Under the pieces are notes generated by a model, which saw nothing but the letters and a program-made list of their open reading frames with translations, did not search any database and had not been told where the DNA came from. Shown piece by piece: positions 21,777-30,699 of a DNA stretch of 64,000 nucleotides (the first letter of the stretch is position 1; each line of letters starts with the position of its first letter). The stretch lies in assembly GCA_016866775.1 (NCBI GenBank), contig VGLJ01000023.1, positions 90 through 64,089 on the forward strand, in the 5' to 3' direction. A program made the translations under genes and the position numbers. Source of the DNA: Candidatus Rokuibacteriota bacterium. GTDB taxonomy: Bacteria; Methylomirabilota; Methylomirabilia; Rokubacteriales; CSP1-6.

Positions 21777-22528
21777 AGCTGAAGGACCGCGCGACCATCG
21801 TCACCGGCGGCGCGAGCGGCATCGGCCGCGCGATCGCCGAGGCGTGCGCGCGCGAGGGCGCCCGCGTGGCGGTGGTGGACCTGAACGGGGACGGCGCGCG
21901 CGAGACCGTTGCCGCCATCGAGAAGGCGGGGGGCGCGGCGGCCGCGTGGCGCGTCGACATCACCGACGTGGCTGCCGTCGACCGGATGACCGACGAGGTG
22001 GCCGCGCGCTGGGGCGGGGTTCACGTGCTGGTGAACTGCGCGGGCTGGGACACGCCGATGCCGTTCGTGGACACCACGCCGGAGTTCTGGGACAAGATCC
22101 TCGCCATCAACCTGAAGGGCCCGATCGCGTGTATGCGCGCGGCGCTGCGCGTGATGATCACGCAGGAGTCCGGCAAGATCGTGACGATCGCCTCCGACGC
22201 CGGCCGTGTCGGCTCGACGGGCGAGGCGGTCTACTCCGCCGCGAAGGGCGGGCTCATCGCGATGACCAAGACGGTCGCGCGCGAGGTCGCGCGCTACCGG
22301 ATCAACGTGAACTGCATCTGTCCCGGCCCGTCCGACACGCCGCTGTTCCGCAACGAGTTCGCGGCCGCCAGCCCGAAGCTCGCCGAGAGCCTGAAGCGCG
22401 TGATCCCGTGGGGCCGTCTCGGCGTGCCCGACGACGTCGCGCCGGCGGTCGTCTTCCTCGCCTCCGACGACGCCGGCTTCATCACCGGCCAGACGCTCTC
22501 GGTCTCCGGCGGCCTCACGATGATATGA
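21773..22528 (+). CDS. Short-chain dehydrogenase/reductase (FabG-like)
   Basis: Has TGGASGIGRA (cofactor motif) and YSAAKGG (YxxxK). GTGA overlap with the upstream gene. Confidence 0.85.
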   Translation: MKLKDRATIVTGGASGIGRAIAEACAREGARVAVVDLNGDGARETVAAIEKAGGAAAAWRVDITDVAAVDRMTDEVAARWGGVHVLVNCAGWDTPMPFVDTTPEFWDKILAINLKGPIACMRAALRVMITQESGKIVTIASDAGRVGSTGEAVYSAAKGGLIAMTKTVAREVARYRINVNCICPGPSDTPLFRNEFAAASPKLAESLKRVIPWGRLGVPDDVAPAVVFLASDDAGFITGQTLSVSGGLTMI

Positions 22529-23376
22529 GCCTCGTGCAGCGCGACCCCGCGCTGCACGAGCGGCTCACGCATCTCGCGCGCGCGGGGCGGATGATCGTCG
22601 TCGTCGGGCTTCCAGGCACCGGCAAGAGCCTGCTGATCCATCAGCTCGCGCCCCTCGCCGTCACCGCCGGTCGCACCGTCCATCTCCTGCAATGGGACGT
22701 GGCGCGTCCGGTCTTCGAAGCGAGCGCGGCGGGCCGGCGCTACCCGGTCCTGGACGGCGTCACGCAGCCGATGATCCGCGCCGCCGTCGGCCGCTGGGCA
22801 CGCCACGCGATCGCGGCGTGGGCCGAGCGCAGCGCGGAGAGCGCGCTGCTGATCGGTGAGGCGCCGTTCGTGGGTCGCCGCCTGATCGAGCTCGCGCAGC
22901 GCCTCGACGACCACGCCGAGCCGCTGCTCGCGTCACCCGGTTGCGTCTTCGCGATCGCCGTGCCGTCCGCCGGCGTCCGCGCGCACATCGAGCGTGAGCG
23001 GGAGCGGCGCGCGTCGGCGCCGAACCATCCACGCGAGCGCGAAGACGCGCCGCCGCACGTGCTGCGCGCGCTCTGGCGCGAGATCCTCGGGGCCGCGCGT
23101 GCGCTCGACATCGCCGGTGCCGGCACGACGGCCGGATGGGATCCCGCGCTCTACCGTCGCGTCTACGAAGCGCTCCTTCGCCATCGGCACGCCGAGGCCG
23201 TCACGCTCGACGTCGTGCTTCCCACGGCGGCGATGTCGGTCTACGACTTCGCGGTGCCGTGTGTCGATCTGGTGCCGGGCGAGACCGAAGCGGGCGCGTT
23301 CGTGCGGGAGGCCGAAGCGCGCCACCCCGATGCCGCCGCGCTCGGGCGGGAGGTCGAGCGCTGGTGGGTGGTGTAG
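22525..23376 (+). CDS. Uncharacterised P-loop NTPase
   Basis: ATGA overlap with the SDR gene. Walker A GLPGTGKS. I recognise no family in the remainder. Confidence 0.5.
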   Translation: MSLVQRDPALHERLTHLARAGRMIVVVGLPGTGKSLLIHQLAPLAVTAGRTVHLLQWDVARPVFEASAAGRRYPVLDGVTQPMIRAAVGRWARHAIAAWAERSAESALLIGEAPFVGRRLIELAQRLDDHAEPLLASPGCVFAIAVPSAGVRAHIERERERRASAPNHPREREDAPPHVLRALWREILGAARALDIAGAGTTAGWDPALYRRVYEALLRHRHAEAVTLDVVLPTAAMSVYDFAVPCVDLVPGETEAGAFVREAEARHPDAAALGREVERWWVV

Positions 23377-23388
23377 CGTAGCGTCCGC

Positions 23389-24231
23389 ATGGCTGCTCCC
23401 GACTTCGTCGCGGTGGGTCACGTCACGCTCGATCGGCTCGGCGACGCGATCCGCCCGGGCGGCGCCGCGCTCTACGCGGCGATCGCCGCGCACCGCCTCG
23501 GCCTCTCGGCCGGCATCCTCACCAGTCACGCCGACGACTTCCCGCTCGACGCGCTCCCGCCGCAGATCGAGGTCGTGACCGTTCCCGCCGCGCGGACGAC
23601 GACGTTCGAGCATCGCGATGTCGACGGCCGCCGCGTGCTGCGCGTGCGCGACGCCGCCAATCCGCTCGGCACCGCCGACGTGCCCGATGACTGGCGTGAC
23701 GCGCCCATCGTGCTGCTCGCGCCGGTCCTGAACGAAGTCGATCCGCTCCTGGCGACCGCGTTCGCCGACGCGTCGCTCGGGGCCGCGGCGCAAGGGTGGC
23801 TGCGCGGGTTCGGCCCGGACGGCGCCGTCACGGCGGTGATGTGGACGCCGCCGGACTTTTTCATCGCGCGGCTGCAGGCGCTGTTCCTGAGCCGCGAGGA
23901 CGTCGGCACCGATCTCACCGGCGCGGTCGAGATGTTCCAGCGCGTGCCCGTCGGCGCGCTGACGGCGGGCGAGGACGGCGCGCTGCTCTTCGTCAACGGC
24001 GAGCGCTATGAAGTGCGGCCACATCCCGCGCACGAGATCGACGGCACCGGCGCCGGTGACGTCTTCGCGGCGACGTTCCTCATCGACTATCACCACGATG
24101 GCAACCCGTGGGACGCGGCGGCGCGCGCCGCGTGCGCCGGCGCGCTCACCGTCCGCGGCGAGGGGGTGGCGACGATCCCGGATCGCGCGGCGCTCGACAC
24201 CGCGCTGCAGGCGTATCGCGCCGCCGAATAG
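23389..24231 (+). CDS. PfkB family sugar/nucleoside kinase
   Basis: C-terminal DGTGAGDVFAATF motif, characteristic of ribokinase/PfkB kinases. Confidence 0.75.
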   Translation: MAAPDFVAVGHVTLDRLGDAIRPGGAALYAAIAAHRLGLSAGILTSHADDFPLDALPPQIEVVTVPAARTTTFEHRDVDGRRVLRVRDAANPLGTADVPDDWRDAPIVLLAPVLNEVDPLLATAFADASLGAAAQGWLRGFGPDGAVTAVMWTPPDFFIARLQALFLSREDVGTDLTGAVEMFQRVPVGALTAGEDGALLFVNGERYEVRPHPAHEIDGTGAGDVFAATFLIDYHHDGNPWDAAARAACAGALTVRGEGVATIPDRAALDTALQAYRAAE

Positions 24232-24261
24232 TTGACACCCGCTCCGCCCGGCGTCTACGCT
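24232..24261 (+). promoter_or_regulatory. Putative promoter giving a leaderless transcript
   Basis: TTGACA (24232-24237), an 18-nt spacer, then TACGCT (24256-24261). The ATG at 24269 is only 7 nt past the -10 element and has no Shine-Dalgarno sequence. Confidence 0.4.
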
Positions 24262-24268
24262 CGTCCTG

Positions 24269-24658
24269 ATGGGCGAGCGGACGATTCGCATCACCGCGGG
24301 TGAGGTGGCGGCGACCGCCACCCTCGACGCGTCGAAGACGGCGGACGCGATCTGGAACGCGCTGCCCATCGAGGCCAAGGCGAGCACCTGGGGCGACGAG
24401 ATCTACTTCGACGTCGGGCTCGCCATCGCGGCCGAGTCGCCGAAGGAGGTCGTCGCGCTCGGCGACCTCGGGTACTGGCCGCCCGGCAGCGCCTTCTGCA
24501 TCTTCTTTGGCCGTACGCCGGTCAGCACGGGGAACGAGATCCGGCCGGCGAGCGCCGTCAACGTCTTCGGACGGGTGGCCGGCGATCCGACCGTCTTCAA
24601 GACAGTGCGCTCGGGCATCAAGGTGAAGCTTGAACGGGCCGAGACACGAAAGGGGTGA
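24269..24658 (+). CDS. Cyclophilin-like fold protein (DUF3830-like)
   Basis: Small 129-aa protein. Has IRITAGEV...[17 protein letters not shown]...WGDEIYF...[17 protein letters not shown], typical of the cyclophilin-like DUF3830 family. Confidence 0.6.
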   Translation: MGERTIRITAGEVAATATLDASKTADAIWNALPIEAKASTWGDEIYFDVGLAIAAESPKEVVALGDLGYWPPGSAFCIFFGRTPVSTGNEIRPASAVNVFGRVAGDPTVFKTVRSGIKVKLERAETRKG

Positions 24659-24662
24659 ACCC

Positions 24663-25313
24663 ATGAAGATCTTCCTCGACACCGCGAACGTTTCCGAGAT
24701 CAAGGAAGGCGTCGCCATCGGCGTCGTCGACGGCGTCACGACGAACCCGTCGCTCATCGCCAAGGAGAAGAGGCCGTTCCGTCCGCTCGTCGAGGAGATC
24801 TGCGGCATCGTCCCCGGCGACGTGAGCCTCGAAGTGGTGGCGACCGACTTCGAGGGCATGGTGAAAGAAGGCGAGGAGCTCGCGCAGGTGGCGAAGAACG
24901 CCGTCGTGAAGTGCCCGCTCACGAAGGACGGCCTGAAGGCCGTGAAGTATCTCTCGGGCAAGGGCATCCGCTGCAACCAGACGCTCTGCTTCTCCGCGCC
25001 GCAGGCGCTGCTCTCCGCGAAGGCGGGCGCGACCTATATCAGCCCGTTCCTCGGGCGGCTCGACGACATCGGCGCGGTCGGCATGGACCTGATCCGCGAC
25101 ATCTGCCAGATCTACGACAACTACGGGTTCAAGACGCAGGTGCTCGCCGCGTCGATCCGCAATCCGCTCCACGTGATCGACGCCGCCAAGGCGGGCGCGC
25201 ACGTGGCGACGATGCCGTTCGCGGTCCTCGAGTCGCTGATCAAGCACCCGCTGACCGACATCGGCCTGAAGCGTTTCCTCGACGACTGGGCGAAGGCCGG
25301 CACGAAGCTCTGA
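24663..25313 (+). CDS. tal: Transaldolase / fructose-6-phosphate aldolase (short TalB/FSA type)
   Basis: Has [15 protein letters not shown]...GVTTNPSL...[10 protein letters not shown]. The stop codon TGA (25311-25313) is supplied by the first bases of the inserted MITE-like element. Confidence 0.85.
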   Translation: MKIFLDTANVSEIKEGVAIGVVDGVTTNPSLIAKEKRPFRPLVEEICGIVPGDVSLEVVATDFEGMVKEGEELAQVAKNAVVKCPLTKDGLKAVKYLSGKGIRCNQTLCFSAPQALLSAKAGATYISPFLGRLDDIGAVGMDLIRDICQIYDNYGFKTQVLAASIRNPLHVIDAAKAGAHVATMPFAVLESLIKHPLTDIGLKRFLDDWAKAGTKL

Positions 25314-25452
25314 TGCCCGAGGGTCGGCGGGGCCGGGCCGAGGGGGCCGCGGCTCCCGTCCTCGCGTTGGTGAGCCGGCGCAGCCGGCTCACCAATAGCT
25401 GCGGAAGTCGCCGCGGCCCCCTCGGCCCGGCCCCGCCGACCCTCGGGCATCA
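25311..25452. mobile_element. MITE-like element (142 bp, perfect 42-bp terminal inverted repeats, 6-bp target-site duplication)
   Basis: 25311-25352 is the exact reverse complement of 25411-25452. There is an internal 11-bp-stem hairpin GGTGAGCCGGC-GCA-GCCGGCTCACC (25369-25393). AAGCTC flanks the element directly on both sides (25305-25310 and 25453-25458). Confidence 0.7.
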
Positions 25453-25554
25453 AAGCTCGTCTAGACCGACCGGCTTTAGAGCCCCGTAACGCCGCGAGTC
25501 TCGCCGTACAATGCGCGCGTAACGACGACGCGCCCAATGCGGTGAGGAGGAGGC

Positions 25555-27573
25555 GTGGCGAAAAAGGCCCCCAAGGCAAAGGCCAACGGACGAAAGCGCG
25601 AAGAGAAGCCACCGAAAGTCTACGAGCACACCGAAGAGAAGCTCCTCCTCCGCCCCGACGTCGGCCTGCAGGCGTAGTTCAAGACCAAGAAGGCGCCCAA
25701 GACCTATCATTACGACCCGAGCCTCGATCCCGCCATTTCATGGGACATCAACGCCGATCGCGGACGCGGCGAAGCCCTGATCGCGGAGATCGAGAGGGCG
25801 ACCGACCTCGCCCAGGCCAAGGCCAAGGCAGCCGAGCTCCGGCGGATGGCGCGGCCATTCCTCGACTGGGCCGGTAAGGCCGAGCGACCCGAGATCACGG
25901 TTCCCACGCTGCCGCTGTTCGTTCACGAGCGGCTTTCGACGCAGGCCATTCTGCAGTCGGTGAAGTCACACAAGCGCGACCGGCAGCAAAGTCTCGCGCT
26001 CTTTGCCGATGAGGAGCTCGACGTCACCGACCGTCTGCTCAAGGCCTACGAGCACCCGACGCCGTGGGTGAACCGCCTCATCCTCGGCGACAGCCTCGTG
26101 GTCATGAACAGCCTGCTCCAGTACGAGGGACTCGGCGGACACGTCCAGATGATCTACATGGACCCGCCGTACGGCGTGAGCTTCGGCTCGAACTTCCAGC
26201 CGTTCGTGCGGCGGCGTGAAGTGAAGCACGGAGACGACGCCGAGCTGTCGCGCGAGCATCAGGCTCTCCCATTCACGTATAACGGTACGACGTACCATCC
26301 AGGTCGCGGTCGTTGTTGGAAGACCAGCGCTAGAACCGACGATGGAAGCCCATCGGGTATGGATCGACTGGCGGTGGCGGCTCGTCTGATCGCCGGCGAG
26401 GGTCAACTGCGATTCAAGAGCTACCTCGACGACTTTGGGTTTCGGCCGTTGTCGAACTGGTGGGATGGTCTCGGCGGCGCCGCGAACCCAATCCACGTCG
26501 TTCAGACTAGCGAAGAAATCGTCCTCCGCAAGGGACGCGTAGTGGTCACGAACTGGCATGTGCTCGCGCCGCAGGATCTCAATCAGGTCGACGGCGTCAA
26601 TGCCCGCGTGGTGAAGCGCGGCCGCGAGTCGGATACCGCGATCGTCGCCCGAGTCCTGGGGCGTGAAATCGGCGCGAAAGGCAACATCCTCGTGCTCAAC
26701 GACGAGGCGCATCACGCGTACCGCATCATGCCGGACAGCGCCGGCGAAGAGCAGACCGAAGAGGAAATCGAGGAGGCCGACCGCCGGGAGGCGACCGTAT
26801 GGATCGAGGGTCTCGACCGTATTCACCGCCTTCGCGGCATCAACCTCTGTGTCGATGTCTCCGCAACGCCGTTCTTCCTGAACCGCGCCGGCCACGACCC
26901 GGGACGACCGTTTCCGTGGGCGGTGTCGGACTTCGGCCTCATCGACGCCATCGAGAGTGGGCTGGTGAAGATCCCGCAACGCCCGGTCCAGGACGCGACT
27001 GGCGAGACGATCCCCGCCTACCTCAATGTCTGGAAGTGGGTCATCGAGAAACTCACCCCCGGCGAGCGTGGCGGCCGGCGCGGACAGCTCAACCCGGTTG
27101 CCGTCCTCCGCTGGGCGCAGCAGCCGATCACGCAGCTCGCCGGACTTTGGGAGCAGATGTTTCACGACTGGGCCAAGGAGGCGGCGGAAGGCAAGCGCCC
27201 GCCCGTGCCTCCGGTGTTCATCGTCGTGTGTCGCGATACGCGCCTGGCGAAAGTCGTGCACGAGTGGCTGACGGGTGGTGGCGACGGCGCGCCGCCGCCA
27301 ACCGCGTTGTTCCGCAACGCACCGGGCTGCGAGTACACCGTGCGGATCGATTCCCGTGTCGTGGAAGACCTCGCGTCGGGGGTCGCGCGAAGCGACGAAA
27401 GCCGCCGGCTGCGGTTCGTCCTGGACACGATCGGCAAGACGGCCTGGCCCGCTGGGCGGGTGCCCGACGAGTACTTCGAGCTCGTCGACAAGCTCAATCG
27501 AAAGGCGATGGAGGCGGTGCCGGGGGCTGGCTGCCGGCACCGTCCTCGACCTGTATCCAAATCGCGGCATTGA
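25555..27573 (+). pseudogene. Decayed Type III restriction-modification locus (Mod methyltransferase remnant fused to Res helicase remnant)
   Basis: A GTG after GAGGAGGAGG opens a Mod-like N-terminus that is interrupted by an in-frame TAG (25675-25677). Downstream are the motif IV region MIYMDPPYG and Mod C-terminal-like sequence (CWKTS...GMDRLAVAARLI...YLDDF). The frame then passes directly into Res helicase motifs (VLNDEAHHAY, VDVSATPFF). Large expected segments are missing. Confidence 0.65.
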
Positions 27574-27617
27574 CACGACCTTCCGCACACCGTTCAATCC
27601 GATCTGGTGATCGCGCA

Positions 27618-28226
27618 TTGATTGGCGCCGTCCGTCGCTATCGCTTCACGGTCGACCAGTATCACCGGATGGGTGAGCTCGGGATTTTCCCGCCCGAGTG
27701 CCGGGTCGAGCTCATCGACGGCCAGATCTTCAAGATGAGCCCGATCGGGCCGTGGCACTCCGGTGTCGTCAACCGGCTGACTCACTGGTTCGTCACGGGT
27801 TTGCGCGACCGCGTGGTCGTCCACGTCCAGAATCCGACGATCGTCGACAAGCGCTCGGAGCCGCAGCCCGACATCATGCTGCTCAAGCCGAGGGCAGACT
27901 TCTACGGCATGGCACACCCCACACCTGAAGACACGCTGCTCGTCGTAGAGGTTGCGGAGACCTCGCTGGCGCACGACCGTCGGCGCAAGCTGCCGCTCTA
28001 CGCCAGGACCGGTGTCGTCGAGCTCTGGATCGTGAACCGCCGGGCCGATGCGATCGATATCTTCCGTGAGCCGTCTACGACCGGTTACGGCGTCCAGCTT
28101 CGCAAGCGGCGGGGAGAGGAGATCGCTGCGGCAGCGTTTCCGGACTTTCGCCTCGCGGTCGCGGACATCATGGGGCCGCCCAGCGCCCCGGAGCCCGGCG
28201 TGCCGAGCTTCGCGCCTCGCGTCTAG
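27618..28226 (+). CDS. Uma2 family (DUF820) endonuclease
   Basis: TTG start. Has YRFTVDQYHRMGELGIF...VELIDGQIF, PDIMLL and LVVEVAETSLAHDRRRKLPLYARTGVVELWIVN. Confidence 0.75.
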   Translation: MIGAVRRYRFTVDQYHRMGELGIFPPECRVELIDGQIFKMSPIGPWHSGVVNRLTHWFVTGLRDRVVVHVQNPTIVDKRSEPQPDIMLLKPRADFYGMAHPTPEDTLLVVEVAETSLAHDRRRKLPLYARTGVVELWIVNRRADAIDIFREPSTTGYGVQLRKRRGEEIAAAAFPDFRLAVADIMGPPSAPEPGVPSFAPRV

Positions 28227-29101
28227 AGCTTCGCGCGGACCTCGGACGCGAAGCGCTCGAGGATCCGTGTCGAGTCCTCGACGTCGGTCACACGCGTCTC
28301 CACGACCACGTGACCGACGCCGACCTCACGCAGCGCCTGCAGCTCGGCCAGCGCCTCGGATGACGAGCGCTTGGCCGCGAAGCCCATCCGCACGCTGAGC
28401 GTGATCGACGCGGGGTCGCGGCCCACCTTCGCGCAGGCCTCGCGGAGCTTCGCGACGCCCTCGCGCATCGTGGCCGGGCTCGCGAACGCCGCGTGCCAGC
28501 CGTCGCCGAGCTCGGCCACCCGGCGCAGCGCGCGCGGCGTGTGGCCGCCGATCCAGATCGGGATGCCGCGTGCCGGGCGCGGGGCGAAGCCGACCTCGGG
28601 GAACGAGAAGAAGCGACCGCGGAAGCTCACACGCTCGCTCTGCCAGCAGGCGCGCATGATCCGGATCGCCTCGTCCGTCCACGCGCCGCGCTGGTCGTAC
28701 GGCGCGCCGAGCAGCTCGATCTCCTCGCGCATCCAGCCCACACCCGCGCCGAGGATCACGCGGCCGGGCGCCAGGTGGTCGAGCGTCGCCAGCGCCTTCG
28801 CGGCGAGCACCGGGTGGCGATGCGGCAGCACGAGCACCGTGGTCCCGAGCTGCAGACGCTCGGTGGCGCCGGCCACGACGGCGAGCGCGGTGAGCGGCTC
28901 GAGGAAGTTCGCCGTCGGCGGCAGCGGGAAGTCGCCGGTCGCGTTGTACGGGTAGCGCGAGCGGATCTCGGTGGGGATCACGATGTGATCGCTCGCCCAC
29001 ACCGAGTCGAAGCCCATCGCCTCCACGCGGCGTGCGAGCGTGATCAGCGCCTCGCGGGTGGCGCCCGGTCCCCAGATCGGCAGGTGGCAGCCGAACTTCA
29101 C
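28223..29101 (-). CDS. Luciferase-like monooxygenase family (LLM class, probably F420-dependent) oxidoreductase
   Basis: GTG start. Has MKFGCHLP...DSVWASDH...LGTTVLVLPHRHPV, typical of LLM-class oxidoreductases. Confidence 0.75.
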   Translation of the reverse strand: MKFGCHLPIWGPGATREALITLARRVEAMGFDSVWASDHIVIPTEIRSRYPYNATGDFPLPPTANFLEPLTALAVVAGATERLQLGTTVLVLPHRHPVLAAKALATLDHLAPGRVILGAGVGWMREEIELLGAPYDQRGAWTDEAIRIMRACWQSERVSFRGRFFSFPEVGFAPRPARGIPIWIGGHTPRALRRVAELGDGWHAAFASPATMREGVAKLREACAKVGRDPASITLSVRMGFAAKRSSSEALAELQALREVGVGHVVVETRVTDVEDSTRILERFASEVRAKL

Positions 29102-30699
29102 GGCTCGTACACGAGACGGTCGCGGAGCGCGTCCTCCTGGATCATCTGGCCGAGGCGCGAGCGCTGGATCTTGCCGCTCGACGTCTTCGGGATGGTGCCG
29201 GAGCGCACGAGCAGCACGCGCGCCGGCCGGTGCCCCCGCGCGCCGTGCACGCGGTGGACGATCTCCCGCACGAGCCCGTGGTACGTGGTCTCCTCCGCCG
29301 CCTCGTCGCGCACCTCCGCGACGACGTGCAGGCGCTGCGTGCCGGTCCGCTCACTCTCGAGCCCGACCGCCGCCGAGTATCGGATGCCGGGCACCGCGTC
29401 CACCACTTCCTCGACGTCGGCGGGAATCACGTTCTCGCCGCCGAGGATCATCACGTCCTTGATCCGGCCGGTGACGAAGAGCAGGCCGTCCGCGTCCCGG
29501 AAGCCGAGGTCGCCCGTGCGCAGCCATCCATCGGGACTCAGGACGCGCGCCGTCGCCTCGGGATTGTTGTAGTAGCCCTTCATCACGCCGGGGCTCCGCA
29601 CCTGGATCTCACCCTCTTCACAGGGCGCGAGCGCCACGGGCGGGCCGTCCTCCGCGCGCGGCACGATCCGCACGGACACGCCGCGGCACGGGACGCCGGA
29701 CGAGACGAAGCGTCCCGAAGGATCGAGCCGGATCGCGGTGCCGCCGGGATGGACGGCGACCGCGAGCGTCGCCTCCGCGAGGCCGTAGCACGGCGCGATG
29801 ACGTTCTTGAGCCCGAAGCGCTCCTCGAACGACGTGATCGTCGACGCCCGTACCGGCTCGGCGCCCGACAGCGCCGCCTTGAGCGACGTCAGGTCGAGGT
29901 CGGTCGTGTCGCGAACGTTCCGGACGCAGTTGCGATACCCGAAGTCCGGCGACACCGTGAACGTCGCGCGCACCTGGGTGATCAGGTCGAGCCACTGGCG
30001 CGGGTTGCGGAGGTCCGGCGGCAGGAGCCACACGGGCGCCGCGAACAGGGGCGGCGTGAACGAGAGCCCGATCAAGCCCATGTCGTGATAGAGCGGCAGC
30101 CAGGACACGACGCGGTCCTCGGACGTGAGCCCCGCCGCTTCCGCCATGAAGTGACACGTGCGCACGAGGTTCTCGTGCGTGAGCATCACGCCGCGCGGAT
30201 CGCCGGTGCTCCCCGACGTGTACTGCAGGAAGGCGACGTCTTCGGGCTCGCCTTCGACGAGCGGCGGTGCTACGCCGTCCACGTCGAGGTCGGGCGGCTC
30301 GAGCACGTGGCGGACGTTCGGCGCGAGCGCCGCGCTCTGGTCGACGCCGCTGCGGAACCAGCCGATCGTCGCCACCGCGACCGCTTCGGAGTTCTGGAAG
30401 ATCGCGCCCGTCTGCTCGACGCCGAGCGTCGGATAGAGCGGGACGGGCGTCGCACCGATGCGGAGCGCGCCCAAGAACGTGTAGAAGAACTCCGCGCAGG
30501 TCGGATAGATCAGGCACACCTTGTCGCGCGCACGCACGCCGTGCCGCGCGAGCGCGGCCGCGTAGCGCCCGCTCTGCGCCCACAGGCGGCCGTACGTGAC
30601 GGTCTCGCCGAAGACGTGGAAGTACGGCGCGTCCGGCGACATCGCGGCACGGCGGCGCATCACTTCGGTCAGCGTCGTCGCGGTCAGCGGATCCATCAC
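29098..30699 (-). CDS. AMP-dependent synthetase/ligase (acyl-CoA or acyl-AMP ligase)
   Basis: Has YTSGSTGDPRGVMLTH and GWLRTGDLG, with C-terminal TSSGKIQR. 4-nt overlaps with both neighbours. Confidence 0.8.
   Translation of the reverse strand: MMDPLTATTLTEVMRRRAAMSPDAPYFHVFGETVTYGRLWAQSGRYAAALARHGVRARDKVCLIYPTCAEFFYTFLGALRIGATPVPLYPTLGVEQTGAIFQNSEAVAVATIGWFRSGVDQSAALAPNVRHVLEPPDLDVDGVAPPLVEGEPEDVAFLQYTSGSTGDPRGVMLTHENLVRTCHFMAEAAGLTSEDRVVSWLPLYHDMGLIGLSFTPPLFAAPVWLLPPDLRNPRQWLDLITQVRATFTVSPDFGYRNCVRNVRDTTDLDLTSLKAALSGAEPVRASTITSFEERFGLKNVIAPCYGLAEATLAVAVHPGGTAIRLDPSGRFVSSGVPCRGVSVRIVPRAEDGPPVALAPCEEGEIQVRSPGVMKGYYNNPEATARVLSPDGWLRTGDLGFRDADGLLFVTGRIKDVMILGGENVIPADVEEVVDAVPGIRYSAAVGLESERTGTQRLHVVAEVRDEAAEETTYHGLVREIVHRVHGARGHRPARVLLVRSGTIPKTSSGKIQRSRLGQMIQEDALRDRLVYEP

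Noticed and set aside
24911-25612. ORFs 24911-25489 (+) and 25121-25612 (-), which encode near-identical peptides ([15 protein letters not shown]..., [14 protein letters not shown]).
   Set aside because: The identical peptides on both strands are a direct consequence of the 42-bp perfect inverted repeats of the MITE-like element. They are not evidence of coding.
25675-25677. In-frame TAG in the Mod methyltransferase remnant as a pyrrolysine or programmed read-through site.
   Set aside because: The same locus shows large internal deletions and a truncated Res partner. A plain pseudogene explains it. No pyl genes or PYLIS-like context are evident.
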